A stretch of DNA of 33,774 nt, from NCBI GenBank assembly GCA_010405405.1, contig MU004237.1:844191-877964 (forward strand). Direction: 5' to 3'. The position numbers and the translations under genes are program-made. The notes beneath the pieces are model-generated. The model ran no database searches. It was not told where the DNA came from and worked only from the letters and a program-made list of their open reading frames with translations. Shown one piece after another: positions 1 to 11,943 of the stretch. The DNA comes from Microthyrium microscopicum. Its lineage: Eukaryota. How positions within the stretch are numbered: position 1 is the stretch's first letter; the number at the start of each line of letters is the position of its first letter.

Positions 1-2
1 TA

Positions 3-164
3 CTTTGCCATGGGGATCTTACTCCCGTTACTCTCACACCAGTATATGATTTCCAGCGCAATCTTCTGAATTTGGTGGGTCAGACGAGATACCCACATAC
101 CTGTCGGGATTGGAAGAGCATACAGCAAGAGCTGAGAACTCGGGATAGTGAGTGGCTTCATTGA
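3..164 (+). CDS. 3' end of a DUF3328/UstYa-family oxidase (partial, runs off the left edge)
   Basis: Frame 3 is open from the edge: LCHGDLTPVTLTPVYDFQRNLLNLVGQTRYPHTCRDWKSIQQELRTRDSEWLH*, with TGA at 162-164. This matches the family's C-terminal 'C-H-x-D-L-T-P ... H-T-C-R-D-W-x-x-I' signature. The HxxHC motifs would lie upstream, outside the window. Confidence 0.8.
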   Translation, partial: LCHGDLTPVTLTPVYDFQRNLLNLVGQTRYPHTCRDWKSIQQELRTRDSEWLH

Positions 165-225
165 GTGCAGAAGAACAAACCCGTAGACCTAAATGAAATG
201 AAATGAGGCACACTTCGCTTGAAAA

Positions 226-880
226 CTAGTAGCTTGTAGGAGCTATTTCTGTGAAGAAGTGAGAGGCGTAGAAGCTACGGAGACGCTCGAACAAAGACAA
301 TGGCTTTCTGCCATCTTTGCCAAAAAAAATTGGCAGAGACCATGTACCAATGGGGCGTGATTGATCTTCCGTTTCTTCATTTTTACTGTTGTCATGGCTC
401 TCATTATGACTGAGCATGCACGCCGGCGGAAACGAATTCCAGGAGCTTGCCTCGCCAGTGATTACATCTGCAAGCTCTGTGTTTGCTTCTACAAGATGTC
501 TGCTCGTTGGTCGGCACTTGCAATCGTAAGTGTGGTCGAAACTAATGCGGGTTCTGGACATTCGGGCGATTCTCTGAATGAGGAAGCTATCGTCCTGTCT
601 CTTCGCCCTTGTGCAAGCTATGGTATCGCAGGGCTAGTTCTTGCTTCCAGCTCTCATACTGCCAAAGATGACCTTTGCTACTAGCCGGAGTTCAGAGATG
701 CCGTGAGCAACATCGTGGAAAGTGTCGGCCATCTCCGGAGAGGCGTGTTCTCTGAAAGATAGAGGAGACATTGAATCGAAGCGGGTACGCAGCAAGATTA
801 GAGCATCTGGGATCTAAAGTCTGGAATATGTGGTCTAATAGATCTGCGTTAGAGAGAACCTGACAGAAGTGGTAAAACAA
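226..880 (-). pseudogene. Possible degenerate F-box-like gene remnant
   Basis: Minus-strand fragments QVLSNADLLDHIFQTLD and, in another frame, ISELRLVAKVIF resemble the two halves of a fungal F-box motif. The region is broken by frameshifts and stops and has no clear ATG. Confidence 0.2.
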
Positions 881-1327
881 AAGAAGCAGGAGTGAGGTTG
901 TGAATGGAACGGGACGGATAGATCCCGAAGCGGATACGCTAACCAGGCTAGGTTAGATCAATCATCGCCTCAACTTCATCTGGATTCTGGATTCATTCCG
1001 CCAACATAACTTTGATCAGGCTGTGCGACAATAAGCTATGTGATGGTTGTGCGTTAGCTGTTGATGTGAACATTAATCTCAGTGGGTACCATGATGTTCA
1101 TTGATTGGCCCTTCTGCACATGCATAAGCTTGACAAGGCAGCCGGGCAGTGCATGGCAGCATGAGAGGCACACTTACTCTCTAACTTCGCCTCAAACCTA
1201 GCAGAACATTGACCATTGTCAGAACCTACATTCTCCTTGTATACTTAACCAGCATGGCCAACAACAACTGATATCAGTTATTAGCTCAGGCAAAGGTTCG
1301 CAGCAGATTTATCCACTGTTACGAGAA

Positions 1328-1439
1328 GGGCGATGTTATTTCGCCACCCCAAAAACACTATTCGACCACCCTAAAATTACTATTGGGCCTCCTTTGTAAT
1401 TCCGATTAGCTGCTAGTCCTAAATAGGAAATAAATATAT
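1328..1439 (+). repeat. Left TIR of MULE
   Basis: Reverse complement of 11780-11891, with 7 mismatches in 112 bp by hand alignment. Contains an internally repeated TATT(T)CG(A)CCACCC(C/T)AAAA motif. Confidence 0.95.
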
Positions 1440-1599
1440 TTTCTTGCTATATATTTAACTTAGCTCCGCTAAGCCCTATAAGTTATAGGAATATTACTAA
1501 AATCTTAACTTTATTTCTTACTTTTAGCAAAATTCTACTACTACTCTACTAAAATCTACTAATACTTTAATCTACTACTACTATATTAAATAGCTATTA

Positions 1600-2164
1600 A
1601 ATTTTCTTCTAAGGATAGTAAATTTTGCTCCTTTAAAAGCGCTCTTAAGTATATATAAAATTATAGTAAATAATATAGTTATACTATAGTTAAAAAGTAA
1701 TTTAAAACTAAGGAAGGTAAAGATATTCCCTATATTTACTACTATAAATATAACTACTATAATAACTACCCTTTAACGTCCCTTAGTATATAGAAGCCTA
1801 AAATAAAGTAAAAAGACTATCCCTTTAGGCTCATTATATAGTAGTATAAGGACCTTTAGTTTAATTAGATTTAGAAGATTAAAACTAAACCTAATAGTTA
1901 TAACTATTCGCTATTAAATAATCTTGCTTTATATACTTAATATTATTAAGATATATTAAAATTAATTAGTAGTAGTATAGCGATTAATAAATATATAGAT
2001 TAAGGCTAAGAGATAAAGCGCATTTTTATAAAGCTTATAAAGAATAAATCTTTAATAATAATTCTATAGGATATCTATAATTATTAAATATAATCTTAAA
2101 TTAAATATTTAACTAGTAAAATACCTATAGAGACGTTAATTTAAGACTTTAAAAAGGATAAGAA
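1600..2164 (+). pseudogene. MULE transposase N-terminal part (FAR1/WRKY-like zinc-finger relic); start approximate
   Basis: About 1812-1915 translates as KDYPFRLII...SYNYSL, read as RIP-altered 'CPF...HNH'. It is cut by the retroelement at 2165. Confidence 0.6.
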
Positions 2165-2391
2165 TATAATGAGCTACGGAACTTAGAGCAAGCAGATAAT
2201 TAGATTATATTCTAGAATCTACAAATAGGAAAGAGAGAAAAGAAGATCTAGAAGAGCTATAAATCTATAAGGGAAGTAAACCTACTTAATAGATCCTTAG
2301 GCGCGCTAACCTCCTTAAGTCTAGTATATAATTTTATAATAAGATCTTTCTTATAATACTACTATAAAGCCTATAAAGAGGAATTATTATA
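2165..2391 (-). repeat. 3' LTR of Gypsy copy 1
   Basis: Direct repeat of 9590-9816. Termini TATAA...TTATA are the RIP product of TGTAA...TTACA; TGTAAC is preserved at 24631. Confidence 0.93.
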
Positions 2392-2450
2392 TAATCCTCC
2401 TCTTTAGTATAGCTCTCTAAGCTATAGACTACTAATTATATCTACTTTCC

Positions 2451-2510
2451 TAATCTATTTTATTCTAATTTAGTCTAGTCTAATCTAGTCTAGTCTAGTC
2501 TAGTCTAGTC
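2451..2510. repeat. (TAGTC)n pentanucleotide array in the retroelement 3' untranslated region
   Basis: About 12 units, the first four degenerate. The same array is at 24914-24973 in copy 2. Confidence 0.9.
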
Positions 2511-5500
2511 TAATAAACTTTTAGTAATAAACAATATTTTAATCCTTCTATAGTATAATACTAATTACTAGTTATTTAGAGTATCTTAACCTCTAACCTA
2601 CTAAGGTAACTATTAAGAAGCATTAATAAACTCTAAGATATCCTTAGAATACTCTAGTTCTTAAGTCCTAGTAGTCTAGTAGTTAGTAATCTTATTAATA
2701 TAAGAGAATTAGTAGTATAATTATTTATGCCTCCTAATTAGTAAGAACGCTATTAGAGTTATAATTAATACTATTACTAGTAAACTCTAGTATTAGTAGT
2801 ATCTAGGTAGGATATAGGCTTAGCTTACTAAGGTACTAAGCATAAAATTTAGTAATAAGCTCTAGCGCGTTCTTAATAACTATTTAATTATACTATTTAG
2901 CTTTATTATAACTAGTATACTTAATCTTATATTATAGCTTCTTATATTAACTAGTAAAGTAGCTATTAATAATAGTATTAATAAACTATTTATTATCATC
3001 TATAGTTTCTTTAATAACTACTAGTAATAAATTAGCGTACTTAAATAGCTTAGTATTATTTATAATATAATAAAGGACTTAAGCATAGAAGATATTATAT
3101 ATCTTTATAGAAGTAGAGAGATTAAGTTTATAAGTAATAGTATTAATCTTCTTAATTATATAAAAGAAGCCTATATTCTTATTATCTAGAGTCTTTAAGA
3201 AATATAAAGTAAAGTAGTTCTATATATCTAAATAAACCTAGTTACTTAGTAATAGGTCTAAAGCTATATAGTGGTAGTAATTAGCATATTCTACTTACTA
3301 AGCTTATACCTAGATTAATTACTCTATTAAATAATTATATATCTTAGTATAATCCTTCTATATTATATTCGTATTAATAGCTTCCTTATTAGTAGCTATA
3401 GAGACATTTATAGGTTTTAGGAGGTAATATAAGGACTTAAGGCTTAATTAAAAGTTAAATCTATTTTAAGCTTTAAAAGGTATAACTCCTATAGTAGCAT
3501 TTATAGTAGAATTAACTATAAATTTAGTAAAGAGCAAAAGAGCTACTTAGTTATCTTAATCTTAGTTAATAAATATACGTAAGAACTACTTAAGTATAGT
3601 AACTAAGATTTCTATTATGCTATTAGTTTTAAGGTAAAATACTATACTAAGATAAAGTATTATACTTATATATTTATATAAGCGCTTCTAAAATATAGAG
3701 GTAAATTAGCTACTATAATCTAAAAGAATTATTAATAGTTAGCTAATAAGCTTCTATATATAGTTAATAAAGGCTAATATTATTAAGTTTATAAATAGGT
3801 CTAGTAGTAGAATAAAGCGTTAAGTCTATATATATTAGTTAATAACTACTATAATATATTAGTAAATTATACTTTAGTATAAATAGCAAAGTAGTAAAAT
3901 AGTAAAGTTAATAGAGATATTAAACTATATACGCTTTAAGAGAAGGAATTAACGTAGAAAACCTTACTTCTTTTAGTAAATAGGTTTAGTAAATATATAT
4001 TTATAGCTTTTAATAAAGCTCTTAACGTCTTATAATATCTTAGGCTATTAATAATCTTCTTATAAGTAATAGTAAGTTATTACTACTCTATTATAGTTTA
4101 TAGCTTTATAGCTATATATACTCTATATAGCGTAACGCTAAAGCTTACTTTAAAAGATAAAGATTTAATTATAATAGAAGATTATTTTATTAGTAGCTAC
4201 TATATAGTTCCTAAGCTTAATCTACTCTTATTTTAGAGTACTAAAGAGTAAGAAGAGCTAGTAGTTAGTTTTAGCGTAGTAAATAATAATTATTATTTAG
4301 TTATACTTTACTATATTTATAATATCCTATAAGAACTAGTTACTATTAAAATCTAGGAATAGATTATCTCTTAAAAGATTAAGTAGCTTACTCTTAAGTA
4401 TTTTATTATTACTAAGAGACTTTTCTATAGGATTAAGTAGCTTACTTATAGGATTAGAAATATCTAACTTATCTTAAGTAATAATAGCTAAGTATAGTAT
4501 TAAGAAGTAAGTAGGTTTAATAAGTAATATAGCTAGCTTTACTATATACTTTATATTAAATTAGTATAAGAATAGTAAAGAGTAGACTTATTAAAAGACG
4601 TAAGGATCATTATTACTTTATAGAATATCTTATAACTAATAAGTAAGAGTATTTACCTTTTTATTAGCTATACTTAAGTAATACTTTATCTTAAAGTAAA
4701 ACTAGAAGAGGAACTTAGCTTATCTAGCTTATTATTAAGAAAAACGTTTTATTATTATAAACGTTTAAAGGTTATAGTAATTAGAGAATACTTAAATAGA
4801 GTTAATAGAGCTAAATAGCTCTAGTTCTTACTCTTTAAATATATAGATAATAGCTAAAAGCTTTTTATTATAAATATTATAATTATATTTAGCTAGGGTT
4901 ATCTTCTTTAAGAAATATATAACTAGGTAAAGCTTCTTATTATTATCTTTTTAAGAAAGGACTATAGTATAAACTTAATTTAAGGCGTCTATTTTTAGCT
5001 ATATTTCTTTCGTATAGTTAAAGTAACGTAATATCTTAGTAGACGTAAAGTCTTACTTTAGCTTCTTAAATATACGTTCCTTTAGCTTATTAAGGTTCTA
5101 AAAGAAAATTACTATAACGTCCTTCTTTATAAGTACTATTAGTAGTATTATAGTTTTTAAATATTTAAGAATAAATTAGTAGTAGAAGTTAGTAAAGCTA
5201 AAGAAAGCTTAAACGTCTTTTACTAAAAAGGGACGTTACTAATTAACTATACTTTAAATCTTCTCTAGGTCTATCTTAATACCTTTAGTAGTAATAATTA
5301 GGCTAAAGTATTTAACTTATTAAGTATTAAATTTATATTTCTAAATATCTAAGTATAATCCTATTTTATCTATTATTTTTAAGACTAGGTAGATATAAGT
5401 AGTATAGCTAACTTTAGTATTACTAAAAACTAATAAATTATCTATATAGCCTATAATAAAATTATCTAAGTAATTAATTAAAATATAATTAAGATAAGCC

Positions 5501-8500
5501 TAGAAAGTCCCTAAGGCTCTAATAAAGCTAAAGGGCATAACTTTAAATTTATATAACTTATAGTAAGTTAGAAATATAGTTTTATATTTATTATTAAGTT
5601 TAATATAGATATAAGTAAAGATAGTAATAATATTAAATTTAGAGAAGTATTTTATATAGTAGATATAAGTAAGTATTTCTAATAACTATAAAGGAATATT
5701 ATAATTCTTTTATATAATTTTATTAAGTCTATAGTAATTAATATAAACTTAAATTCCTTCTTCTAGTTTATATATATATAGTATTAATATAGCATAATAT
5801 AATTTACTAGCCTAAACTTAATCTTAACTAAGCATTTAATTAATATATTATTTAATAATAAGGAATTCCTAGTAACCTAGACTATTATAGTAGTATTTAA
5901 AAATTATAGTATCTAAAATAATATTAATAGAGTAATTCTACTTACTATAATATAGTATAAGTTTATTACCTAATTTTAAGTTAAAGATATCTATATAATA
6001 GTAATATTCTTTTAATAAGCGTTTAAAAATCTCTTCTTATAAAAAGAGAGGTTTATTATATTTCTCTTATTACTTTTTAAAGTTTTTAGGTAAGATTTTA
6101 TCTAAGTTAATAGCAATATCTTCTTTTAGTATAAGATCTAGATTTAGAAGTTTCTTATCTTTTTCATCTTTAAAATTATTAAGCTAGATTTTACTAAATT
6201 GCTAGCCTTATTCTAGTAGTTTAATAAAGATAATAGCGCTAACTATAGTAACGTTCTTAAAGCAAAGGTTTATTAAATTAACTAAATAGCCTTTATAATC
6301 TATAGAGATTAGGTAACTAACTAATAAGTAATATACTAAGTAGTAGTCTAAATTAAAGAGAATTTACTTCTTTCTTTCTTTAAAGATAACTTTATAGAAG
6401 TTAATTTATAGGTTACTAAGAATAATATTATAGTTAACTACATTTATAATAAAGTAGTAAATTTATTTAATATACTTTCTTAAATAAACGTTAACTATAG
6501 TAGCTTTATTAATTTTTGTAATAATTTTACTATTAGCTAATTATATAATTTAAGAGGTAAAGAAATTAATAGTAAGGATTCTATATTATTTAATAAAGTT
6601 AGGATAAATAATTCTTATTACTCTACTCCTAATATCTATAAGAATATTAATCTTTAAGTAGTAGCCTTATTTTAGAAAGAATATAATACTATAAGTAATC
6701 TACTAATTACTTATTATAAGTATAGTAACTACTTCTTAAGGGTAGAAATTATATACTATAAAGGTAAAGAATATCTTAATAATAGCTAACTTAGTATTAT
6801 TAAATATAATAAGCTTTAAGGATAATACTTATTAAAGGTTAACTTTTAGGCGCTAAATAGTCTTATTAACCTTATATTAGATTTATTCTTTTATAAGAAC
6901 TAGCTTAGAGTTAGGTTTATTTTTCTTTTATTACTAGTTATACGCTTCTTACTTATTTAGCTTCTTTATACGTCTCTATAAAAAAGCTTTTAGTTTTCTA
7001 CCTTATTACTATAATCGTACTTATTATACTTATCCTCTATAGTTAAGGATTAAAGAGATTAAGTAGTAATTTAATTATAAATAGTAGCAAACTCTATAAT
7101 AATAGCTATAATCTTTAGCTATATTTTAGTATCTAATAAAGCATCTCTATCTTTATATAATACTTTATTTTGCTAATAACTATAATCCTTTTTACTATAT
7201 TTTATATAGTAATTATCTATCTTTAACGCATTATAAATTTCTAAAAAATAGTTATATTTAGGCTTTTATTTATTACCTTTAGCTACTAAACGATTATTAT
7301 TATTATAGCTACGTAGATTTATAAAAGAGACGTATTTAATATAATAAGCTATAGTATATAAGCTTTCTAAGAAGTTAGTAAAAGTCTTTAATTCTATAAA
7401 AAGTACTCTCTTTATAAACTTTAGAAGTAAGAAAAGTTATATTTTAATAATCTTATCTTAATTACTTAACTTAGCTTTATATAAATTCTTTAAGAAGTAA
7501 GCTAAGAACTCTTTAAGTTTCTTAGTAGGCTTTATTATAGCTTCTTAGCTCTTAAGCTAAGTCTTAGTAATAATATAGCTATCCTTAATACTATATTTAT
7601 AATCTAAATTAGATTATATTTCTATAATAAATAAATATAAATTAGTTAACTTATAATTACTTTACTTATTAATAGTACTAAATACTTAATCTTTTATTAC
7701 TCTTTAAATAACTTAAATCTTAGAGGCCTTAATAAGATAGACTTAAATATTATTATCTAGGTAGTCTAGCACTTTACCTTTCTAAGTATAATACTTTTAC
7801 TTATTCTTTTTAGAGAAGAGTAAAAGCTTATTACTTTATACTTTAAAAAGGAAAGTATTATTTACTAAGTTAAGGTTAGAAAAGAAAGTAGTTTAATATA
7901 AGTCTAGTACTTTTAAAAGTATATTTAAGTTAAGTTAGTTTATATTCTAAGTAAGAAAAGTCTAGTAAAATAAATTATTATTTACTAACTTGTTATAATT
8001 AAAATAGGGATTAGTTACCTTAATAGCTAAGAGTTTTTTTTAAAGAGTATTAATCTAGGCTTAAAAAATAATAGCTTTATCTATTTTCTCTTATAGAGCT
8101 TTATAGTATTTACTAATCTTATTAATATAAGTAGTAAGTATTTCTTTAAGTAAATTATTATTATATTATAGTTTTTATACCTTTTAGTAGGTAGTTATTA
8201 CTTCCTTAAGAGTAATAGTATTATCTTAAATTTATACTTTAAAGTAAGTAATCTACTTTATATATTTATTATTAGTTTTAGCTAAGTTCTATATCTTTTC
8301 CTAAGCTTCTAAAGTTTCTTTTTAAAGAGTATAGATTAAGTCTATATTATAAGTATTTATATTCTACTTAATTTTAAAGAGATAGGCTATAGTTTAAGAA
8401 GCTAATAATAAGGCGTAGAGCTATATAACTAAGTTATTTAGTATAATCTCTCTTTTTAATAAACGTTCTAAGTCTATATCTAATTTAATTAAGTAGTAAA

Positions 8501-9589
8501 AATAGTAGTAAAGGTCTAATTACTTTTTTTTATAATAAAGATATACTCCTATATTTTTTAGCTTATTATCTTTTTTATTAAGTATTTTTTATACTTAAGT
8601 AGCTTAGAAAATTAGAAGGTTCTTATTAATAGTTAAAGTAACTAGTTAATTAAGGTTTACTACTATAGAGTAGTAAAATATTAATATAAGTAATACTCTA
8701 AGGCCTTTAGCTTACTAGTATAGTTCTATTAGCTATTTATATATTCTAAAAAAAAGTCTAGTATTATTATTAAGTTAGAAAGAAGCTAGTAACTAGTTAT
8801 CTCTTATATTTATTTAGTTTAATAAAGTTATTTAACTAGTATTTTAAGAAGCGTCTTCTAATGCTTTAGTCTCTTTATTTTTATAGCCTTATTCTAATAA
8901 ATAATTATCTTCTAACTTATTTTTATCTTTTAATAACGCTCTTAAGTCTAGTTCTAATAGTTTTAATAGTCTTAAGACGCTCTCTATTAAATCTACTACT
9001 TTTTAAGTAGTATCTAGTTATACTATATCTTAAGTATTAAGTCTACTTTAATACTTAGTATATATAGTAAAGAAGTAATATAATAAAGATAAGTAATATA
9101 AGCGTATAAGAGATAAAGATAGGCGCTAATTATTAGACTAAGTATAAGTAATTAAAAATAGTAAGTAAGCTATATAGCTATTAACTTAGGTTTATTAGTT
9201 AGAAGTCTTATTAGCTATAGTTATAAATAATAAAGAAAGATACTAAAAAAGAATACTTATTTATTTAGTATATTTTAATAGTAAGTATATTAAGTATAAT
9301 TATAGATATTTAGTAGTAATATAAAAAATAAACTTTAGTATTCTATAGAACTAAGGATAAGGGGTAATTAATACTTAGACTATTAATAAATTAAAAAGTA
9401 TTAAAGAATCCTAATACTCTAATTAAATAAGAGGTTAGTAAAGCTAATAGATTTAGTAAATTTATAAAGAATCTTTAATAAGATTTAAGACTATACGTAT
9501 AAGATATTAATCTATATAAGTACTTCTTTAGAAATAAATTCTAAGGTATATAGTATAAATATATAGGTAGTTAAATAGTTTATAGATTA

Positions 9590-9816
9590 TATAATAAGCT
9601 ACAAAACTTAGAATAAGTAGATAATTAGATTATATTCTAGAATCTATAAATAAGAAAGAAAGAGAAAAAGATCTAGAAGAGCTATAGATCTATAAGGAAA
9701 GTAAACCTGCTTAGCAGATCCTTAGGCGCGCTAACCCTCTTAGGTCTAGCGCGTAATCTTATAATAAGATCTCTCTTATAATACTACTATAAAGCCTATA
9801 AAGAGGAATTATTATA
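9590..9816 (-). repeat. 5' LTR of Gypsy copy 1
   Basis: Direct repeat of 2165-2391, differing mostly by C/T and G/A transitions. Confidence 0.93.
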
Positions 9817-11650
9817 AAGGAATTAGTATATAAATATCTTATTATGCTAGATCTTTACCTTAAATCTATCTTCTTCGCTATAATTTTATAAATAAAGCTT
9901 TATTACGCTTATTTAGATATCTTATTAATAGATATAACCTATAGTACTAATAAGTATAAGATGTTACTTCTTTACTTTGCTAGTATTACTCTAGTAGGTA
10001 AATACTTCTTCCTTAGATTTATTTTTATATCTAGTAAAGCTAAAGAGGATTATATTTAGGCTCTTAAAGCTTTTAAATATTCTATGCGCTATAGTAGTAT
10101 TAAATTACTAAATATTATTCTTATTAATTACTATTAAGCCCTTAAGAATGCTCTAAAGAAGGTATTACTAGCGCCTTAACTAATTTACTTATTTTACTTA
10201 AATAAAGCTATTAATTATTAGTTTAAATTAGCTTTTAAGACTAAGGAATATATAAAAGGTAGTCTTAGTTATCTTAAAGTAGTAGAAGAGAAGAAAGTTA
10301 CGCGTAATATTTAGTAAAAGGTTAGTCTTTAGCTCTCTATCTAAGTTAGAATACTAATAAATTACTAAGTAGTTTACTTTCTTATTAAAGATAAGTATAA
10401 AGCTACCTAGATTAATTTTAATGCTAAATATTCTACTTTATACCCTAAACTTATTACCTACCTTATTACTACTTAGATGCTATATAAAGATTAATTTATT
10501 AACTATTATATTATTAATTTTAGGTACTTTAATATTTAAATAATATTACTATTAGAAGGACTTTATAGTAGCCTTAAAAAGTAGCTTAAAAATAGTAAAA
10601 TAGACTTATATATAGTTATTAAATATATTAAGATTACTATTAATACTTAGTATACTAAAATAAAAGGTATTTTAAGTTTTAATTTAATTTACGTATCTTA
10701 TTATACTAGTACTTTAGTAATACTAGTTCTTAATATAGATTTTAAGAATCTTATCTTAGATATAGCTTGTATTAAAATTAGTAAGTAATATAAGAGATAC
10801 GTTAATAAAGATTCCTAGCTAGCATATTTCTATAAATATACTAAAAGCTTTACTAAAATATATAGTATTACCTATTCTTATATAATATAAGATTATCTTA
10901 CCTTTAATAATATTTAGTAGCTAGATTCTAGTAATATTAATACTTATTAGTATTATAATTAATCTAAATCTAGCAATGCGACCTAGATTTCTTTAGGCCT
11001 ATAATTTATACCTCTATTAGTTTTTTAAGTTCCTACTATTCTATCTCTAGATATTATATACGTTATAAGTTATCTATGCGTAAGATAAGCTTTATCTTTA
11101 ATTAGTAGAATATAAAGCTTTTAGGAGGAAGAATTATAGCCTTTAGCTAGTACTATTAATAGTTAAATTACTACTAAAGCTATAGATTATAAGAATATTT
11201 TATAAAAAGTTACTAAAACTATAGTTTAATAAGCCTACAAAGTAGTTAACCTTACTAACTCTCTATTACTACAAAAATACTAAAAATAAGCTTTAGCTTA
11301 CTTACTAGTGCTCTTAAATAAGGTACTTATAGTATATTAAGCCTCTTCTTTATTTTATACGTTATTTATATATAAATAGGAGTAACGTAATAATTTAATA
11401 GAGGAATAGAACTTACTATAAGCATAGCTAGATGCCCTCTAAGCTTAGATTACTACTATGCATAGAGGGCATAGATAAGGTAGAAGGCGTAGATTTTAAG
11501 AAGGAACTATAATACTATTAACTTATAGAGGTAAAGAAATAGCTATAATAATATTATAAAGTTATAGAGGTAGAGGACAAGCTAGTTAGTAGCCTCCTAA
11601 TTAAATTTACGCTTTAAATAGTATAATTATAGACTAAAATAGCTTTAAGA
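9817..11650 (+). pseudogene. MULE transposase catalytic (DDE) and C-terminal part, RIP-degenerate; end approximate
   Basis: From 9910: YLDILLIDITYSTNKYKMLLLYFASIT...EDYI*ALKAF...NIILINYY*ALKNALKKV...LIYLFYLNKAI...EGLYSSLKK*L. This is a RIP version of the MULE motifs DxTYxTNxYxMPL, TD, CxxH and EGxHxxLK. Confidence 0.9.
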
Positions 11651-11779
11651 TAGAGGAATTATTATAGGTAGTAAATAGTAATAAAAGTGCTTAGTTATAC
11701 TTTAAGATCTATTTAAATCGCGCGTTAGTAGTAAGCGCTAGTAACCTTCCTAGCGCTAGTACTTATTACTTCTAGAAAC

Positions 11780-11891
11780 ATATATTTATTTCCTATTTAG
11801 GACTAGCAGCTAATTAGAATTACAAAGGAGGCCTGATAGTGATTTTAGGGTGGTCGAATAGTGTTTTGGGGGTGGCGGAATAACATCGCCC
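11780..11891 (-). repeat. Right TIR of MULE
   Basis: Inverted copy of 1328-1439, followed directly by the TSD TTACGAGAA. Confidence 0.95.
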
Positions 11892-11943
11892 TTACGAGAA
11901 TAAGCTCAGGTCATAGTCTAATTTACCTATTGCTTGACTAGAA

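Larger units (their letters stand above)
2165..9816 (-). mobile_element. Full-length Ty3/Gypsy chromovirus, copy 1 (RIP-inactivated)
   Basis: 227-bp LTRs at 2165-2391 and 9590-9816. Near-perfect 5-bp TSD (AAGAA 2160-2164, AAGGA 9817-9821). Polypurine tract on the minus strand next to 2392. Degenerate minus-strand motifs in Gypsy order: Zn knuckle about 7160-7215, protease ILIDIRS (DTG) about 6625-6650, RT KVMPFSFIRALGTF*...GYIDNLLVFS about 5420-5595, RNase H KIDALN about 4980 and NYNIYNKKLLAI about 4850-4890, integrase *FNISINFT about 3900-3930, chromodomain about 2815-3000. Confidence 0.95.
1328..11891 (+). mobile_element. Mutator-like (MULE, Hop-like) DNA transposon, RIP-inactivated, interrupted by an LTR retrotransposon
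   Basis: 112-bp terminal inverted repeats (GGGCGATGTTATT...AATAACATCGCCC) and a perfect 9-bp TSD TTACGAGAA at 1319-1327 and 11892-11900. Degenerate MULE transposase on the + strand. About 2.9 kb remains once the nested element is removed. Confidence 0.95.

Noticed and set aside
361..684. 107-aa + strand ORF with a hydrophobic start
   Set aside because: Non-ATG start, no recognisable motif, and no KR-delimited repeats, so it is not supportable as a RiPP precursor.
2451..2510. Short repeat array as a CRISPR or telomeric repeat
   Set aside because: No spacers, eukaryotic context, not TTAGGG, and it lies inside the retroelement.
1440..11779. AT-rich DNA as a mitochondrial insertion or foreign DNA
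   Set aside because: The TpA excess, CpA/TpG loss and degenerate TE motifs are explained by RIP.
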